Positions 27,756 through 32,000 of a DNA stretch of 32,000 bases are shown one piece after another. The stretch is from assembly GCF_008189405.1 (NCBI RefSeq), contig NZ_CP043316.1:30001-62000 (forward strand), written 5' to 3'. The position numbers and the translations under genes are program-made. The notes below the pieces were generated by a model. It was not told where the DNA came from. It worked only from the letters and a program-made list of their open reading frames with translations, and made no database searches. Origin of the DNA: Candidatus Saccharimonadota bacterium. Lineage in GTDB: Bacteria; Pseudomonadota; Alphaproteobacteria; CAJXXZ01; 1604HC. The first letter of the stretch is position 1. Each line of letters starts with the position of its first letter.

Positions 27756-28964
27756 ATGAATTTAAAAAAGATATACTCTACATTTTGGACTCTTTCAGGG
27801 TCTATGTTAGAGTATTACGATTATATGCTTTTCTCTTATATGATGCCGACTTTTGCTCCTATATTATTCCCATCTTTGGATAGATCAAAGAGCCTATTGT
27901 TTGGATATGCATTAATATTTGCATCTTCTATATTAAGGCCATTAGGGGCATTTCTAATGGGATATGTTGGTGATGTAATAGGGCGTAAGCAGGGATTGAT
28001 GCTTTCAATTCTATTAATTTCAATTGCTTCATTAGGAATGGGGCTAGTTCCAAGTTATGCAAGTATTGGAGTATGGTCTATTTATATAGTTTTTGTATTT
28101 AGAATTTTACAAGCGATGAGTGCTGGTGGAGATCTAAATGGATCTGCAATTTTTCTAATAGAACATTTAGGGAAAAGACCAGGTTTTGCAAGTGGAATTG
28201 CTTGGGCATCAACTGTTTTAGGTATGGTTTTAGCTTCACTTGCAAATTATATTGCTGTGCAATATGAACCAAATGGATGGAGATATGCATTTATTATTGG
28301 AGCTTCAATAGGGTTTATTGGAATGATGATGCGTACTTATATTGTAGAAGGAGATGGGTTTAAGAAAAAGCCAAGAGAAAATTGCTCTCCTAAAAGTATT
28401 TATCCATATTTGTCTGTAATTGGAATTGGAGCAGGGATAGGTGGAATGTACTATTATACTATGGTTTTCTCTTTTGCTCATCTTAGATCTCTTAATAATT
28501 GGGATTCTTCAATGGTTCTATGGCAAACAGTATGTTTTTTTATTTATGGAGTTTCTGTAGTTGCATCAGGGTTTATTAGCGATCATTTAAATATGAAGCG
28601 AATGATGAAATTCTTTGGAATCTTGATAATATGCATGGCTTTCCCTTGCTGGATCTTCCTTCCTAAATATTCTATCTTATCTACAGTTATTACAGTTACT
28701 TTATTAGGAATGTTTGTTGGCCCTTCACATAATTTGACTTTCAACTTATTCCCTCCAAGATTTAGATATAGATCAATTTCAATATGCTATGGTATTGGAA
28801 CATCTATAATTGGTGGAGCGACACTATATGCATGTACAAGATTAGTTAATTACAATATATTATTCCCTCCATTCTGGATGATTCTATGCGCATCATTAGG
28901 GTGTTTAGGAGTTATATTTGCAGATAAAAGCCCAAAAATCGAATACATTGAGGATGAAGGTTAA
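27756..28964 (+). CDS. MFS transporter, metabolite:H+ symporter (ProP-like) family
   Basis: LEYYDYMLFSYM (EWYDF..Y motif) and GYVGDVIGRK (MFS loop 2-3 motif), with 12 predicted helices. The ATG at 27756 is preferred over the TTG at 27753. Confidence 0.7.
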   Translation: MNLKKIYSTFWTLSGSMLEYYDYMLFSYMMPTFAPILFPSLDRSKSLLFGYALIFASSILRPLGAFLMGYVGDVIGRKQGLMLSILLISIASLGMGLVPSYASIGVWSIYIVFVFRILQAMSAGGDLNGSAIFLIEHLGKRPGFASGIAWASTVLGMVLASLANYIAVQYEPNGWRYAFIIGASIGFIGMMMRTYIVEGDGFKKKPRENCSPKSIYPYLSVIGIGAGIGGMYYYTMVFSFAHLRSLNNWDSSMVLWQTVCFFIYGVSVVASGFISDHLNMKRMMKFFGILIICMAFPCWIFLPKYSILSTVITVTLLGMFVGPSHNLTFNLFPPRFRYRSISICYGIGTSIIGGATLYACTRLVNYNILFPPFWMILCASLGCLGVIFADKSPKIEYIEDEG

Positions 28965-28976
28965 GATAGATTTATT

Positions 28977-30269
28977 TTACTCATTAATAAATTCAATTAA
29001 TGAGATTGAGATTGGAGAGTGTGATAATGAAGGGTTATAAATGCATAGTTTTTCTGCAGCTTTGAAAAATCTATCTGAAGATTCTATCTTAATTATGATT
29101 TGCTTGTCTGACTTGCTATGCATATCAATGGTTTCTCTTTGAACTCCAAGTACTCGCGTTTCTATAGCAGTGTTTAGCATGGATTCACTAGCAATAATAC
29201 AATCTCTATTCCATTTATTCATCTCAGATGTTTCAACATTATTGTCATAGCTAATTAATAGGAATATCTCATCGCTTGTTAATTTCTCATCTACATTCAT
29301 AAAATAAACAGATTCTTTTTGTTCGAAATCATGTAGTAAATATGGCTCTTTTATTTCATCTAATATGTTTTGTATAAATGTAAAAATAGGCTGGAAGCTT
29401 TTGAATAGGTTTGCATGATGATATATAGGAATGTCTTGAAATATTGATTCTAAGTTAAACACTGAGATATGCGCAATTAAATTTACTAGAGCAGAGAATA
29501 GTGATTGAGGATGGCTATTGCGAGAATGTATAATATGTTCAACAGGTAAAATTCCTTGCATGAAAATAGAATTAATTGTGGCTGGATTATATTTGTTATT
29601 ATTAATATTAATTTGATTTTTAATATGTATTGTTTTGTCTTTTAATAATTTGATTAGTCTCTTTGTTTCTTTTATAATGTTTTTTGCAAGATTTACATCA
29701 ATGCAAGGAGCGTCATATGTTCCAATTTGGAATCCAGCATTAGTGTCAACTATAGTACATAGTTGTATTCCTGTATAATTTAATGGCACTTCATCAAATG
29801 CTATTTTGTATATTGGTTTTAATTTGAATACACAAGTAGAATTTTCTCCATTATTATAATCTTCTGTAGAATCAATCTGAATTGATTGATAGCTTTGATC
29901 ATGTGATTCAGATTCATATGTATGATATGAATTTGGTTTGACTAGAAATATTTTTAATGGTTTGTTTTTTTGTATATTTTCCTTGAATTTAATTGACATA
30001 GGCTCATCTTTTTGTAGAGGGAATATAATTATACTTTTATCTTCCAAGATCGCTTCAATGCTATTTAAGTGAATTATACCTTCCTTTAAATTTATAGTGT
30101 CTAGATCAATATCAATTATACCCCAATGATGTGGCATTGTTTTTGATAAAATATACGATACAAGCTTTTCATTTGTTATATCAGATTGTTGGAAATGATG
30201 CGGAGATAAAGGCATTCCCTCATACCAATGAATCTTATAAGGGCAAAAATTTAATTTTTTAGCGTTCAT
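28977..30269 (-). CDS. tssK: Type VI secretion baseplate protein TssK (ImpJ/VasE family)
   Basis: The N-terminus KIHWYEGMPLSPHHFQQSD...HHWGIIDIDLDTINLKEGIIHLNSIEAILEDKSIIIFP parallels the conserved TssK start (e.g. VVWSEGMFLRPQHFQQHDRY...GWGF..L.LD...L..G.L.....G.LPDGT.F.IP). The 430-aa length is typical. There is a 4-bp overlap with the upstream lipoprotein gene, in tssJ-tssK order. Confidence 0.8.
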   Translation of the reverse strand: MNAKKLNFCPYKIHWYEGMPLSPHHFQQSDITNEKLVSYILSKTMPHHWGIIDIDLDTINLKEGIIHLNSIEAILEDKSIIIFPLQKDEPMSIKFKENIQKNKPLKIFLVKPNSYHTYESESHDQSYQSIQIDSTEDYNNGENSTCVFKLKPIYKIAFDEVPLNYTGIQLCTIVDTNAGFQIGTYDAPCIDVNLAKNIIKETKRLIKLLKDKTIHIKNQININNNKYNPATINSIFMQGILPVEHIIHSRNSHPQSLFSALVNLIAHISVFNLESIFQDIPIYHHANLFKSFQPIFTFIQNILDEIKEPYLLHDFEQKESVYFMNVDEKLTSDEIFLLISYDNNVETSEMNKWNRDCIIASESMLNTAIETRVLGVQRETIDMHSKSDKQIIIKIESSDRFFKAAEKLCIYNPSLSHSPISISLIEFINE

Positions 30270-30766
30270 TTGTCAGCTCCTATTGAGTATATATTCCTAT
30301 GTATTAGTTTTGTATTATTCTTCTTTGTAGGTGAAATTTTCTTTAGTGCATTTAAGCCTAATTCAATATTTAAATGCTTTGTTTTAGGTGTTAATGTAAA
30401 ACTATTCTTTTTGTCTGTATTATAAGACATAAAAACTATAGATCCATAACACATTGGTGTCCAATTCCCTATGCAGAAAGATGATAGCTCAGTGCGAGGG
30501 AGAGGTTCAAATGACCATACTTTCATGTGTTGTGAATTATGAGAAAGTAGTGATTTTCTATTCTCAAAATACTGTTTGCTTTTCATTTTAGAAACTATAT
30601 TCCATAAAATTTGATTGAAAATTTGTACTAACTCAACTCTGACAACTGAGTTATTATTCATATTTTGTGTAGATAATATACTGAATGTTTGTAGTGAATA
30701 GTTTTTCTTTTTATCTTGCTCACACCCAATCAAAAAAATTGCAACAAGGCATGCTAAAAATTTCAT
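30266..30766 (-). CDS. Lipoprotein, probable TssJ-like T6SS outer-membrane lipoprotein
   Basis: Lipobox signal peptide MKFLACLVAIFLIGC. At 166 aa the size matches TssJ. There is weak TssJ-like patterning (SVVRVELVQIF..., YGSIVFMSYNTD resembling the V.AAYRD block). Position immediately upstream of tssK supports the call. Confidence 0.5.
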   Translation of the reverse strand: MKFLACLVAIFLIGCEQDKKKNYSLQTFSILSTQNMNNNSVVRVELVQIFNQILWNIVSKMKSKQYFENRKSLLSHNSQHMKVWSFEPLPRTELSSFCIGNWTPMCYGSIVFMSYNTDKKNSFTLTPKTKHLNIELGLNALKKISPTKKNNTKLIHRNIYSIGADK

Positions 30767-31224
30767 TTATCTGCTCTTTTCATTAATGTTGTAATAATTT
30801 TATATTCTGATTTGATTGTCTCTGATATTGCTAATGCATCTTTCAAAGTGAGTTTATCTTTTAATTTCACAGTATATCCATTTGGAGTTTTGGTGATTAC
30901 AGCATTTAATTCATTGATTTTATCTGTAAAATCAGTAGCATCAATTTTATCATGAAAAGAACCTAGGCTGATTTCATAGTCTTTGGGGGAAGTTGTTGTT
31001 TTCTTTTCCTGTTTAATGCTTATGATATTATTTTTCTGCTTCTGATCCAAATATGATTTGAATAAAAAACCAGAAGCAAATGATAATCCCGAAAAAATAA
31101 ATGTTGTTATTACAAAAAATAGCGTAAATCCTATCCTTATTCCTTGAGCAGGACTAGTTTGTAGTTTTTTTCCTAAGCTATTTCTTAAAATTTGATTTTG
31201 CATTATTCTCATTACTTTCAACAT
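30763..31224 (-). CDS. Bitopic membrane protein with C-terminal SPOR-like domain
   Basis: One transmembrane helix (GIRIGFTLFFVITTFIFSGLSFASGFLF), then a Lys/Thr-rich linker. The ~70-aa C-terminus (YEISLGSFHDKIDATDFTDKINELNAVITKTPNGYTVKLKDKLTLKDALAISETIKSEY) has the beta-alpha-beta-beta-alpha-beta pattern of SPOR peptidoglycan-binding domains. First gene of the operon, with a 4-bp overlap with the next gene. Confidence 0.45.
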   Translation of the reverse strand: MLKVMRIMQNQILRNSLGKKLQTSPAQGIRIGFTLFFVITTFIFSGLSFASGFLFKSYLDQKQKNNIISIKQEKKTTTSPKDYEISLGSFHDKIDATDFTDKINELNAVITKTPNGYTVKLKDKLTLKDALAISETIKSEYKIITTLMKRADK

Positions 31225-31336
31225 TTTTTATATCGCTTGAATGTTTATAAATGGTAAATTTTTTGCTTGTAAATGCATGATAGCTTATAGTTTATTGATA
31301 TATATTGAGTTATGGTTTAGAATACAAAAGTCAAAT

Positions 31337-31409
31337 AGGAGTGTAGCTCAATTGGTAGAGTATCGGTCTCCAAAACCGACGGTTGGGGGTTCGAGACCCT
31401 TCACTCCTG
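31337..31409 (+). tRNA. tRNA-Trp (anticodon CCA)
   Basis: AGGAGTG TA GCTC-AATTGGTA-GAGT A TCGGT-CTCCAAA-ACCGA CGGTT GGGGG-TTCGAGA-CCCTT CACTCCT G. The conserved tRNA-Trp-secE-nusG context supports the call. Confidence 0.9.
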
Positions 31410-31424
31410 CTCAGGAAGGATTCT

Positions 31425-31628
31425 ATGATTTTCGCTCAAATTAGAAAAATTAGAAATTTTATAGGCGCAGTTAAATTAGAATGGAAGCATCTAAGATGGC
31501 CTGATAAATCAAGTATATTCGGATCTATGATATTAGTTATTATATTTTCTGCACTTTGTTCTGTGATTTTTTTCTGTGTAGATTTTATTTTTTCAAGTGT
31601 TATTAGATGGGTATTGGCTAATGCGTAA
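31425..31628 (+). CDS. secE: Preprotein translocase subunit SecE
   Basis: 67 aa. VKLEWKHLRWPDKSSIF followed by a single transmembrane helix is the SecE core pattern (E..KV.WP...E). The tracked ORF start at 31383 lies inside tRNA-Trp, so the ATG at 31425 is used. Confidence 0.8.
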   Translation: MIFAQIRKIRNFIGAVKLEWKHLRWPDKSSIFGSMILVIIFSALCSVIFFCVDFIFSSVIRWVLANA

Positions 31629-32000
31629 AGTTTCTTATAAAATAAAAATTTCACATGGGTTTGAAGAAAAATTTCATGAATTTTTAGAGCAAAATGAAAA
31701 GTTATTTATTGAATATGGAATTGTGTCTTTGGATGAGTTTGAAGTGCAGTTCAAAAATGATATTCTTTATGATGAATTCTATAGAGCGATATCACAGAGC
31801 ATAGATATTGTTTCTTCTCAAAAAGTAGATGATGTTTTGAAATCTAAGGGAAGTCACTGGTATGCTGTTGGTGTTGTTTCTAGTCATGAAATTAGCGTGA
31901 GTAAAAAGTTTGATGATTATGCAGCTATGCATGAAGAAATAGAAGAAGTTTTTGTTCCTCAATCTGAATCTATAGTGTGGGTTGATCAATCTACTTCTAA
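31621..32000 (+). CDS. nusG: Transcription termination/antitermination factor NusG (3' end outside the window), with possible N-terminal extension
   Basis: The frame is open from the ATG at 31621, which overlaps the secE stop, to the window end. From about codon 77, SHWYAVGVVSSHEISVSKKFDDYAAMHEEIEEVFVPQSE matches the NusG NGN start (.WY.V...SG.E..V...L.........I.EV.VPTE). An alternative TTG start at 31837 is possible. Confidence 0.7.
   Translation, partial: MRKVSYKIKISHGFEEKFHEFLEQNEKLFIEYGIVSLDEFEVQFKNDILYDEFYRAISQSIDIVSSQKVDDVLKSKGSHWYAVGVVSSHEISVSKKFDDYAAMHEEIEEVFVPQSESIVWVDQSTS

Noticed and set aside
31241-31444. 67-aa ORF, and the 31383 start of the secE ORF, both overlapping tRNA-Trp.
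   Set aside because: Both read through the tRNA-Trp gene (31337-31409). The SecE-like sequence only begins at the ATG at 31425.
31436-31989. Minus-strand ORFs at 31436-31654 and 31792-31989.
   Set aside because: They are antisense to secE and nusG, which have clear family motifs.

Overview
Visibly AT-rich, gene-dense bacterial DNA. The gene content looks like a reduced-genome alphaproteobacterial (Rickettsiales/Holosporales-like) intracellular symbiont. Supporting points are thyX instead of thyA, ampG and ProP-like MFS transporters, an EamA transporter, rplY-pth, tRNA-Trp-secE-nusG, and a canonical G-1/C73 tRNA-His. The taxon call is inference only. Most of the window is housekeeping: secA, rpmB, xth, pth, rplY, gmk, thyX, a murF-mraY-murD fragment of the dcw cluster, trmB, miaA, uppS, cdsA, holC, secE, the nusG 5' end and four tRNAs. 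Six things stand out. (1) Five base-perfect tandem copies of a 49-bp, relatively GC-rich unit abut the 3' end of a tRNA, and each unit re-copies the tRNA 3' end. (2) That tRNA carries a UAU anticodon (Ile, AUA) rather than the usual CAU/lysidine solution. (3) Two large divergent paralogous proteins with Sec signal peptides and long coiled coils flank rpmB-xth. (4) The second paralog ends just after a T9 homopolymer, beyond which another frame stays open into a 97-codon ORF. (5) A short operon encodes a SPOR-like bitopic protein, a TssJ-like lipoprotein and a clear TssK homologue. This is a type VI secretion fragment with no tssL/tssM beside it. (6) A 1.16-kb stretch has no ORF of 60 codons or more. 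No CRISPR array, transposase, integrase or rRNA was recognised.
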